Shown piece by piece: positions 52,601 to 59,626 of a stretch of 64,000 nt of DNA. The translations under genes were made by a program, and so were the position numbers. Origin of the DNA: Ostrea edulis (lineage: Eukaryota); the NCBI RefSeq assembly GCF_947568905.1, contig NC_079171.1, positions 47,678,001 through 47,742,000 of the forward strand, read 5' to 3'. Below the pieces are notes generated by a model. That model did no database searches. It had not been told where the DNA came from and saw only the letters and a program-made list of their open reading frames with translations. Within the stretch, counting starts at the first letter, position 1, and each line of letters opens with the position of its first letter.

Positions 52601-55069
52601 ATGATATATACTAAGTTTGAACTCAACTGAAAATGAACACTGCTGGTTAGCTTTAACTAATTTTGCAGACAAATGTCGAAGCCCGATCTATTACGATTGT
52701 TGAGCCACAACTCCAATTGCAAGCAGGGCGGGGAACAACACAGATGCTAAGTCTTTTGAGATTCGCTCTTAGCAGTAGAGCTGAAGGACCCATAACTGTT
52801 GTCAGCAGGTAAACTAGTTATTATTGAAATTTGCAAATACCTCGTATAGCGAATGTTTTCAAATGCATTTATCGTTTGGATTAAATTCGGTACCTAGAGT
52901 TTTGTAGCTCAAATGAGCTGAAGGTTTATGTGAACTTTTATCCAGCATTCGTTTATCCATGGGTCTGTAAACTTGTAACATTTTGGACTTCTTCTCCACA
53001 ACCAAAGAATCAATTTTAACCACACTTGCCATATAGCATCCTTGGATCCAATGAAGAATTAAACATTTTTTTTTTCATAAGGGAGATAAATGTATTGATG
53101 GAATAGTGAAATATGGTTACATCTTTTAGAAATTTTCTCCAGAATCAATGGGCTCTGATAAGTCATACTATTATGCAAGCATCCGTTAGGTAGTGCAAAT
53201 TCGAATGGATTTTCTCTGTGACCAACAAAGGTAAGATGTTAAATTCTACCTAGGATTATCTTGGGGAAACATTCTCTGAAGAACAGAGGGATCATATCAA
53301 TGTGCAAGCATTCCAGATAGAACAAATTCAAGTTTTATTCAAATGTTGGCGCACGAAAGTGCGGAAAGGCCATAATATGAAATTGAAGTTTTACGTAGAA
53401 ATAGATATAGATAGGATCAAATATTCACCTCACCCACAGCAGGACCATCGTATCAATTACAATCATCGGTAGAAAGTTTAAATTCAAGTGGGTTTTTTTT
53501 TATTTCAGCCCCCCACCCCCACCCCGGGGGGTAGGGTTTGGCCACAATATGATATTAAACTATTATTCGGGAATACATAGGGATTTGATTAAACTTAAAT
53601 TCTTTTGAAGACTGACAAGGCCACACGAAATCAAAAAATTTGTCTGGAATCAAATGTTCTTTTATGATAAAGAGGATATAGTCGTAGGGATTAATTTTTA
53701 TTCAGTTCTGGTTGTCTGGCCGAAATTTTAACCCTTTTCATAACATTTAAATGGTGAGGGATTCGACTCTCATATTCCATATGTAAAACTTATACGGTAC
53801 CAATTTTGATGCACCAAATGCGCATATGTGTTTTGTTTGTGACATGACTTTTCCTTTGCTACAAACCTTGTGATAAAGCCCTTGGAGTTTAGGTTACAAT
53901 TAAGAAAACGTGACCTAAACAGTCTTAATTATGTAAGGAAGGTTTTTTGTATATTGCATAGCGATTTTTATGGCTACTGACAAAAAAGTAGATGGTACAG
54001 GGGTTTCAACAGTCTCGACTGCAATCAGCATTTCGCAAATTCTATGGTCGTTATAACGATGTAGTTCGTCAATACAGCCCATCATTATGTCAAATGCTGT
54101 CTAACATGTTTCATACCGATTGTTAATTCGTTCTTGGCACATTGATTTTGACTACGAATAACTCTGTTTACCTGATCAGGACATAGGACTCACGGCCGGT
54201 GTGACCGGTCGACAGGGGGTGCTTACTCACCCTTGGCACCTGATCCCACCTCTGGTGTATCCAGGGTTATGAGATTGATCACTGTTCGTTATCATCACTT
54301 TTCATGGCAAGATCAATCGATTCATACCGTGAACTTTGACCTTGTGATACTGACGTTGGAGTTTAACCTACAAGTTGGTTGGGTTTTTTTCCAGAATATT
54401 AACTCCAGGATTAAGTTGGATATTTTTTCATAATGCATGTATGTAGGAAAGAAAATACTTTCAAAAGTATTCTCCAGCAGCGAAAGGTCATGTTACACAT
54501 ATTGGTAGTAATAAATCCATAGGATTTTTTAATTCAACTTCGGCTATGCCGTGATCCTTTGGGGCTAGGTTTCGGCACAATATAGGGTCAAACTTTTTCA
54601 TATAGATATAAAATATATTTTTTACCAGAAAAGGTACATAACAGCAGGATCAGTATGTCTCAGTTGAGCGATGTGGTACATCGATCTCTTGTTTTCTATT
54701 GTAGAGATGGTGCAACTCTTTGTGGTGTGTTCTGTGCCGCACATAATGTTCTACAACAGTTGTCGATGGACGGGGAGGTCGACATTTTCTCTGCCGTCCG
54801 GCAACTCCACGTCAGACGTCCAGAACTCTGCTCTAGTTTGGCAAGTTAAATCCTGGCTTCATTATACAGACAAAATGGGCATTTATCAATAATGTTGTCA
54901 TTTCACTCCATTATTCATCAATAATAATTTTACAAAAGAAAAATATATAATGAACAACCATTATGATTTCTCATGACAGGAAGAGTACAGGATGATCCAC
55001 GATGTTGTATTGCACTACATCCGGTCACGTGAAGGTCACTTAGAGGAGAATATATATTCAAACCAGTGA
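6799..55069 (+). CDS. Receptor-type protein tyrosine phosphatase with F-type-lectin-like domain, EGF/laminin-EGF repeats, TM helix and tandem PTP domains (26 coding exons, 1099 aa)
   Basis: Manual splicing of exons 6799-6853, 9431-9655, 20763-21014, 21847-21984, 32840-32977, 36484-36624, 36758-36895, 36970-37073, 37309-37418, 39752-39828, 40599-40888, 41033-41120, 41927-41991, 42521-42557, 42786-42883, 43178-43306, 43838-43986, 44389-44524, 44790-44936, 47787-47874, 48082-48155, 51232-51366, 51598-51717, 52669-52808, 54705-54840, 54980-55069 gives 3300 nt, open, with matching phases. Motifs: [62 protein letters not shown]. Confidence 0.93.
9431..9655 (+). CDS. PTP exon 2: F-type-lectin-like domain, N-half
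   Basis: [13 protein letters not shown]...GAEKAVDG...QCTIS...[21 protein letters not shown]; AG/GT boundaries. Confidence 0.92.
10821..11400 (-). mobile_element. Penelope-like element 3' fragment: C-terminal GIY-YIG endonuclease plus hammerhead-bearing tail
   Basis: ORF 11072-11383 [36 protein letters not shown]...LFNPSLN; ends at (GATA)n about 10802-10820. Confidence 0.85.
10867..10909 (-). ncRNA. Minimal type I hammerhead in PLE 3' region
   Basis: Minus strand ACTGC-CTGATGA-A-CCATG(TAGA)CATGG-A-GAA-A(GCGC)T-A^GCAGT; about 160 nt downstream of the GIY-YIG stop; A-A mismatch at 10.1/11.1. Confidence 0.7.
11500..11642. repeat. Foldback hairpin; similar short foldbacks at 6933-7073, 8874-8998, 31259-31338, 58861-58984, 60758-60826
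   Basis: CATACCCATTTCCATATCACACCCTGTATCAGCCC / GGGCTGATACAGGGTGTGGTATGGAAATGGGTATG. Confidence 0.85.
11703..12086 (-). mobile_element. Crypton-like tyrosine-recombinase element fragment (N-terminal SAM-like region)
   Basis: [19 protein letters not shown]...[43 protein letters not shown] resembles Crypton/DUF3504-associated proteins; adjacent foldback 11500-11642. Confidence 0.7.
13782..13938. repeat. GC-rich palindrome, 67-bp arms
   Basis: ATTACTACAGTAACTTGATCCGAAGAG...TCAGATCA / TGATCTGA...CTCTTCGGATCAAGTTACTGTAGTAAT. Confidence 0.9.
14034..14277. mobile_element. Rearranged PLE fragment between (TA)n tracts: RT piece on +, hammerhead on -
   Basis: + strand [23 protein letters not shown] at about 14195-14277; hammerhead 14119-14159 in inverse orientation. 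Confidence 0.65.
14119..14159 (-). ncRNA. Minimal type I hammerhead with U10.1-A11.1 pair
   Basis: Minus strand TCAC-CTGAGGA-TGGAT(GTTAAA)ATCCA-GAA-A(GCGC)T-A^GTGA. Confidence 0.7.
15285..15620. repeat. Diverged foldback element (MITE-like)
   Basis: GGATACTACTTA...GGATTCCCTGTCTAT...CGTTTCACTTTTT mirrored by AAAAAGTGAAACG...ATAGACAGGGAATCC...TAAGTAGTATCC. Confidence 0.8.
17382..17473 (+). pseudogene. tRNA-like sequence (SINE head or tRNA pseudogene); similar heads at 34852-34918(+) and 62390-62462(-)
   Basis: TGGCCGAGTGG A box and GGTTCGACTCC B box but no pairing acceptor stem. Confidence 0.55.
17543..18835 (-). mobile_element. 5'-truncated Penelope-like element (RT C-half, GIY-YIG, hammerhead) inserted in (TA)n
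   Basis: YDDALG...VNYLDVTL...SNHPPSI...NITWFNPPY, then with stops/frameshift CPLNGEC..HGIVYLA...[16 protein letters not shown]...[20 protein letters not shown]; (TA)n on both sides. Confidence 0.88.
17642..17695 (-). ncRNA. Type I hammerhead in PLE 3' region
   Basis: Minus strand TTTCTC-CTGACGA-GTGAAGGG(AGCTATC)CCCTTAC-GAA-ACAG(C)CTGT-A^GAGAAA; GUA triplet; downstream of GIY-YIG coding remnant. Confidence 0.8.
20763..21014 (+). CDS. PTP exon 3: F-type-lectin-like domain, C-half
   Basis: [24 protein letters not shown]...[15 protein letters not shown]...[10 protein letters not shown]; AG/GT. Confidence 0.92.
21498..21541 (+). ncRNA. Minimal type I hammerhead ribozyme, intact
   Basis: GCATCA-CTGAAGA-GACA(TTATT)TGTC-GAA-A(TGCGCA)T-C^TGGTGC: stem I 6 bp, core CUGAAGA/GAAA, palindromic stem III, predicted cleavage after C21535. 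Confidence 0.85.
21847..21984 (+). CDS. PTP exon 4: EGF/laminin-EGF repeat
   Basis: [43 protein letters not shown]; phase 1-1. Confidence 0.92.
22305..22722. mobile_element. MITE with GGCGGATCC-type termini; related element 23005-23190
   Basis: Ends CCTGGATCCGCCCCTG; degenerate left end ATGGCAGATTAAAGGGGG. Confidence 0.55.
23774..28702 (-). mobile_element. Degenerate Ty3/Gypsy LTR retrotransposon, internally deleted
   Basis: LTRs 23774-23996 (TG...CA) and about 28459-28702; PBS 28441-28458; PPT AAAATAGGGGGA at 23997-24008; gag-like 27480-27941; [11 protein letters not shown] and [14 protein letters not shown] (RT end); [17 protein letters not shown] (RNase H); YVRVCGVC...[17 protein letters not shown] (integrase). 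Confidence 0.88.
29050..30080. repeat. Tandem array of about 8 units (125-150 bp), each with hairpin AAGTAGGTCA-C.G-TGACCTACTT
   Basis: Hairpin motif at about 29126, 29271, 29415, 29567, 29696, 29822, 29949, 30051, with shared CATCAAACTTTGTCAGTTGATG. Confidence 0.85.
32126..32300. repeat. Local 92-bp tandem duplication
   Basis: CGGGAT(T/C)TACGTCCGAGACCATCAATGCC...CTTGACACAGCG at 32126 and 32218. Confidence 0.92.
32840..32977 (+). CDS. PTP exon 5: EGF/laminin-EGF repeat
   Basis: [43 protein letters not shown]; phase 1-1. Confidence 0.92.
34307..34640 (-). mobile_element. LINE RT-region fragment between (TA)n tracts
   Basis: [44 protein letters not shown] (K-A/S-GPD motif preceding non-LTR RT). 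Confidence 0.75.
34995..35862 (+). mobile_element. PLE with C-terminal RT and no downstream endonuclease (Naiad-like, inferred), 3' part
   Basis: [25 protein letters not shown]...FRYIDDVLS..., ending VFHTDC* followed by a conserved ~220-nt 3' region. Confidence 0.85.
36484..36624 (+). CDS. PTP exon 6: EGF/laminin-EGF repeat
   Basis: [44 protein letters not shown]; phase 1-1. Confidence 0.92.
36758..36895 (+). CDS. PTP exon 7: EGF/laminin-EGF repeat
   Basis: [43 protein letters not shown]; phase 1-1. Confidence 0.92.
36970..37073 (+). CDS. PTP exon 8: last, partial EGF-like repeat
   Basis: [34 protein letters not shown]; GTAAGT donor. Confidence 0.9.
37309..37418 (+). CDS. PTP exon 9: transmembrane helix
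   Basis: [37 protein letters not shown]; only the AG at 37307-37308 keeps frame. Confidence 0.85.
37445..38733 (+). mobile_element. Helentron-associated non-autonomous element (HINE-type) carrying about 5 tandem ~165-bp satellite units
   Basis: TTTTTAGCTCACCTGAGCTGAAAGCTCA start, GTCC microsatellite, AAGAACC recurring at about 37706, 37869, 38035, 38201, 38367, 38531, end CTCAGGTGA.CGATGTGGCCCATGGGCC..TTGTTT. Confidence 0.8.
39752..39828 (+). CDS. PTP exon 10: juxtamembrane
   Basis: [25 protein letters not shown]; phase 2 to phase 1 bridges exons 9 and 11. Confidence 0.75.
40599..40888 (+). CDS. PTP exon 11: acidic juxtamembrane region
   Basis: ...NNLYANTS...EENPYGDL...[10 protein letters not shown]; part of ORF 40427-40939. 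Confidence 0.88.
41033..41120 (+). CDS. PTP exon 12: start of D1
   Basis: [29 protein letters not shown]. Confidence 0.92.
41927..41991 (+). CDS. PTP exon 13 (D1)
   Basis: [22 protein letters not shown]. Confidence 0.92.
42521..42557 (+). CDS. PTP exon 14 (D1, 37 nt)
   Basis: [12 protein letters not shown](G). Confidence 0.9.
42786..42883 (+). CDS. PTP exon 15 (D1)
   Basis: [33 protein letters not shown]. Confidence 0.93.
43178..43306 (+). CDS. PTP exon 16 (D1)
   Basis: [43 protein letters not shown]. Confidence 0.92.
43838..43986 (+). CDS. PTP exon 17 (D1, WPD loop and catalytic Cys)
   Basis: [27 protein letters not shown]...GPTLVHCS. Confidence 0.94.
44389..44524 (+). CDS. PTP exon 18 (D1, P-loop and Q-loop)
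   Basis: [15 protein letters not shown]...[12 protein letters not shown]. Confidence 0.94.
44790..44936 (+). CDS. PTP exon 19 (end of D1, D1-D2 linker)
   Basis: [12 protein letters not shown]...SDLGKEFQ. Confidence 0.92.
46336..46507. other. Assembly gap (172 N)
   Basis: Run of n, inside the hammerhead tandem repeat. Confidence 1.
46562..46802 (+). mobile_element. tRNA-derived SINE, full length, with TSD
   Basis: A box GTCCGAGTGG, B box GGTTCGAATCC, (AATC) tail; TSD ATCATTTGT(C/T)G at 46551-46561 and 46803-46813. Confidence 0.85.
47481..47751 (+). mobile_element. Second SINE family (Deu/Nin-like core, (TCAA)n tail, no tRNA head); other copies 10625-10800(-), 12503-12720, 23532-23600, 45180-45345(-), 52187-52335, 57768-58010, 60240-60450
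   Basis: 14-bp TSD ATACACGTGTATCA (47467-47480 and 47752-47765); CTTCGGATGAGACC..AAAACCGAGG...GATAAAGATCCC recalls the Deu/Nin SINE domain from memory. Confidence 0.8.
47787..47874 (+). CDS. PTP exon 20 (D2)
   Basis: [29 protein letters not shown]. Confidence 0.88.
48082..48155 (+). CDS. PTP exon 21 (D2)
   Basis: [25 protein letters not shown]. Confidence 0.9.
51232..51366 (+). CDS. PTP exon 22 (D2)
   Basis: [45 protein letters not shown]. Confidence 0.9.
51598..51717 (+). CDS. PTP exon 23 (D2), GC donor
   Basis: [40 protein letters not shown] then GCAAGT. Confidence 0.85.
52669..52808 (+). CDS. PTP exon 24 (D2)
   Basis: [14 protein letters not shown]...[10 protein letters not shown]. 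Confidence 0.88.
52905..54695 (+). mobile_element. Old degenerate copy of the same HINE-type element filling most of intron 24, with nested fragments
   Basis: TAGCTCAAATGAGCTGAAGG at about 52905; CTCAGTTGAGCGATGTGGTACATCGATCTCTTGTTT at about 54658-54695. Confidence 0.6.
54705..54840 (+). CDS. PTP exon 25 (D2), GC donor
   Basis: [45 protein letters not shown] then GCAAGT. Confidence 0.9.
54980..55069 (+). CDS. PTP exon 26: last coding exon
   Basis: [29 protein letters not shown]. Confidence 0.9.
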   Translation, partial: EEYRMIHDVVLHYIRSREGHLEENIYSNQ

Positions 55070-55126
55070 CTGACAAACTGTATAAAAGATGTAAAAGATT
55101 GATCGCGGAACCACAGAGCTGTGTAC

Positions 55127-55132
55127 AATAAA
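55127..55132 (+). terminator. Putative polyadenylation signal of the PTP gene
   Basis: AATAAA 58 nt after the stop, followed by GT-rich sequence at about 55148-55172. Confidence 0.55.
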
Positions 55133-55214
55133 CAAACCCCAGAACACGTGTGAATGTGTATTTGATTGTGAACATTTATTTGGCGATTATAACTAAATTG
55201 TAACTAGACTGTAA

Positions 55215-55805
55215 CTACACTGGTTACCTGTGCAATATAGGACACAATATAAGATACTTACTTATACCAAAAATAACTTATTCCAAAAAGTCGAACCGTA
55301 ACATACGGAGATCGGTGTTTCAGAACAATAGCTCCAAAACTGTGGAATGCCCTTCCAGAACATGTAAGGGACTGTAGAACACTGTGTGCATTCAAGAAGT
55401 CACTGAAAACACATTTTTTCCATCAAGTTTTCCAGGACTAGTTTCTATCATTTCAGTCAATCGTGTAGGTTAGATTCTGTGAAAAACTGTGAAAACTAAA
55501 GACTGTGTGTCTTAGCATTCGAGTACCATTTTGAGATGTTTTATAAAAAAAACCAAAAAAAAAAACCCAATTATTTTAATACGCCCTGAAACTGATGTTT
55601 ATTCTTATCTAGCATATTTATGGTATCTTGTGTTTTCATGTTTTATATGTACAATGAGGATAGGTACAGCTTTTAATGTTTTATTTATTTTCTATGTATT
55701 ATGTGTATAACATTCTCTTGTAAGGTATATATGCATTGTAAAGCACCTTTGAGCGTACATAGTGTATGAAAAGGGTGCTATATAAATATGGTATTATTAT
55801 TTATT
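55215..55805 (+). mobile_element. L2/CR1-group LINE 3' end
   Basis: YGDRCFRTIAPKLWNALPEHVRDCRTLCAFKKSLKTHFFHQVFQD* (55304-55441); tail GTAAAGCACCTTTGAG...AAAAGGGTGCTATATAAAT...TATTATTATT. Confidence 0.85.
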
Positions 55806-57424
55806 TCATAATAAATGTATTGTATGCCATATATGTAAATAGGATATAATGAATTGAACATAAATATATTGATGCAATTTTATATTGGACGGCAATAATT
55901 ACAATACTGTAGATATTGGTAGACAAAACCAACATGTTGCATAATTCAGCGCTTTTGTTCAATTTCTAAGGAAACGTTTTGATCGAAAATGGAGATGCTG
56001 ACAAAAGAAAGAAATTTTGTTTATAAAAATGTAGCATTTTACCAATAAATATCGCAATCTTTTTGTAAATGGAAATATTGGAGAAACGTTTGAAATAAAG
56101 AAAACGATGGAAATCCTTAAGTACAGCTTAAGAATTTTGAAATGCCCCAAAATGGATTACTTTCGAAAAGTAGTAAGTTTTGTGATAAACATAGGTAATT
56201 TCTTTGTTTTCTTACATTGTTATTATATTTTTATTTGCATGGAATAATAAACTAAAAAAAATCACAATTCCTTCCTCGTGTTACTCTGATGTAAATGGAA
56301 GACCCAGGGGACCAATGTGTGATTTCTAAAAATCGATTCCTTCAATATTCTTTTTTAAACTTGACACAATTTTCATTAAATTACACCTTACCTATCTCTT
56401 GATATATAGCATACATGATATTATAATGACATGGGGTATCGCTAATTTTTAGCTTAGCCATGTGCATGTAAACATAGGATCATCAACGTCTTCCGTGGAA
56501 AAAGTAGAAAGAAAAATTCACTTTGTGACAACATGAAACGACATCGTTTACAAAATTGCAAATATATGATTCGATAAAATGAAACTGTTCTGGTCATTTT
56601 GTGTTTTAAGAGATTTGTGAAAACGTTGAAGATACGGAAATGTAATTAATCCCACAACTCCTATAAATACACATAAGAATACGCAAACATGGACCCCTGG
56701 ACATTCCAGAGGTTTTTCTGCAATGATTGGTATCATCATTACCCGATGAAACGACAAAGAAAGACATTTTATTGTTTATATTTATATTTTTAAATATTAT
56801 TAAGAATATAAGATAGAATCAAGATAATATGTTTGACACATTCGTTACGTTAAATGGAACAGCCAATGCACCTTTTGACCTTAATGACACTCCGTATTTG
56901 GTAATGATGTTGCAGACAGGTGGTACTAGAAAACTGGATCAAACTACTTTGCAACAAAAATGTATTTAGTATATGATGAAAGCAATTTCAAAAGAAATAT
57001 AAGAGAAATGATTCAGTGAATGTAAATATACGAAATTGAATGTCAATTTGATTAATATTTTCATTTAAGGAAATACATTTACACATCAATCTATTATATG
57101 TCTTTCACTGGAAGAAAACAGAAAAATACACCAATTTGCAATATAAATATAATTGAATTATGTTATAAGAAACAATATGTGTAGACCTAAGTGACTTCCT
57201 AGTAATCAGAGTTTGTTTTTTGTGTATGATATCAGTAATATTTCTAATGTAAATAATTATTGAAATATGGAAGCACTTCGTCAAACATTATTCTTAAAGA
57301 TAACAGCCATTCAACTCATGTTCGCAACAATTCAAATATCTATGTAGAACGCACATCGTCTATGCAATATTAGTCGTATGTATATTATGATTTCCCGCTC
57401 TTGTGTGGGTGTTCAGCTAGACGG

Positions 57425-58750
57425 TTATGTACAGATACACGCCACTTTCCCAATTTCATTCGATATTATTTATGGTGCTTCTCTGTGTAGAAAAATTGTT
57501 TATCATTCGGATTACATTTCATGGGGGCTCTGTTTACTCGGGAAACAAAATAAATAATAAAACTGCGACACCACTCCATATACAAGCTACTTTAACGAAT
57601 ACTTCTTAGTTTAAGGTCTGTCAGATTTAAAACTTTTCTAAAACAAAACAATTAGTGCAGTGAGTGCCCGGCCCTTCTTCTTTTAACCCGAAGACCTATG
57701 CATGTTAACTTGTACCTTCCTTTTCACATGTACTATTATAATGTATGTTGCTTTTACTTTGAGGAGTACTCCCGTGGGGACTCGGGTCAGAATAGATCAT
57801 CAGTACCCATTACTTGTCGTAAGAGGCGACTAAATGGTACGGTCTTTCAGATGAGACAGCAAATACCGAGGCCCCGTGTCACAGCAGGTGTGGCATGGTA
57901 AAGATGTATCCCTGCTCAAAGGCCATAAGCGCCGAGCAGTCCTTCACCGGCAATGGTGATGTTCCAATAGGAGTTAAAAATTCTCGAGAGGGACGTTAAA
58001 CAATATACAATACTTTGAGGAATGTGTACGAAATGACATGACAAAACGACAACCGAAAAGAAATCAGCACATAATTAAATAGCACACACACAAACGAGCC
58101 GCGCGCGCGTAAGATCCCCACCGCGTATTATTGTAGTGTAAAGGGTAGTGAATGATTGTGTATGGGATTCGTGAACACAACAAACAGCAGTACGAATGCT
58201 TACAAAATAAAACACCCCCAAAAATCAGACACCGTCCAGAATATGACAGACTCTCCCAAACAAGAACGAAATGTAATGCTGATCTACACACTATTTACAG
58301 TTCTGTCACAGGCATGGAGGACACCGATAAGTGCTATTAACATAGATGTAACTTATATCCCTACACGAACCTATAAGTGCCGGTTTGACAATAAAGATAA
58401 GTGCAGCCATTGTAAACTTCATCATTTCCTTAAGACCCTACTTAAGTGTATTAACCACTACTTATATTTAAGCTATCAAATATCACGTACAGTATGCTTG
58501 ACTGGTAGTGTCATAGATGGATATGTGTATTCTGCAGAAGTAATGATATTCCAGACATCGGAGTTTTACATTTAACCCACGTTAAGATGACTATTTGTAA
58601 AATCAACGGTAAATAAATGAAATTTCAAACGATGATTTGGTTACCTGAATATGGAGATATCGATACATATCAATAATATAAACAGACTACATGTAAAATA
58701 CCGGTATATAACGCTCTCCCGCTGTCCGTCGCGCTGTCTGTAAAGGTGAA
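57425..58750 (+). repeat. Diverged duplicate of the PTP upstream region (matches about 4240-4560 and 5160-5620)
   Basis: Shared strings such as TGTTTATCATTCG.ATTACATTTCAT, TACAAGCTACTTTAACGAATACTTC, CATTGTAAACTTCATCATTTCCTTAAGAC, TCGGAGTTTTACATTTAACCC. Confidence 0.88.
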
Positions 58751-59444
58751 TGTAGGCTTATCCTGCCTCTGATTAAAATCTTGAAATTTCATTGACTGAA
58801 ATCAATAGTACATACAACCATGATGTGTCTCTTACTAATATTCATATTATTAGTTATGTAGACACTTAGAGGGGTTATACGGAAATATATGGGGTCCTTG
58901 TAAAAATCATTGGGCGAGGCGTATGCCGAACCTAGTATTTTTTTAAGGACCCCATATATTTTTGTATTACCCCTATAAGTGTCTACTTGTATAACGAATT
59001 TATCCTGCCGATGTTTTTTACGTAGGTCTACACATTAATTAAAGGCATATTGACATTGGAGGCTTTCCTAATCCACGCGTAGAACTGTCATAATAAATGA
59101 CTACAATGTGTGTGTGAACGATGAGAACATGTCTGCAACATTTAAACCATAGACAACGGGGGGAAAAAAACCCGGAAAAAAACATATTGGGCCGAGCGTA
59201 TGATTTGTTTGCAAGGATCCCCATGTATTTCGGTATCACCCCTCTAAAAGTCTATATAACTACTGTGACACATTTTGAACAAAGCCTGTACGGCTTTCCT
59301 GAAATCTGCAATTGAATAGATTATATAAAACTAACTACCGTGTACACTGTAGGCGATGTCATTCCTTGTGAAAGTCATGGCATATATTAAATGAGGGTAA
59401 ACATGAATAAAATGAAGGTAAGCAGTAAATTATGATTGTTTTTA

Positions 59445-59475
<31 letters not shown>

Positions 59476-59506
59476 TTTTTAGTAGATCAATTGAGGAACT
59501 GTTAGC

Positions 59507-59561
59507 ATGGTTCTCTTCGTCACCCGTTTCATGCTGCTTGTCACATTTGCAAGAGCTTATG
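59507..59561 (+). CDS. Signal-peptide exon of a downstream tandem paralog (MVLFVTRFMLLVTFARAY); rest of gene not seen in window
   Basis: Same 55-nt length, phase and donor as 6799-6853; 13/18 aa identical. Confidence 0.8.
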
Positions 59562-59570
59562 GTAAACTTT

Positions 59571-59626
<56 letters not shown>

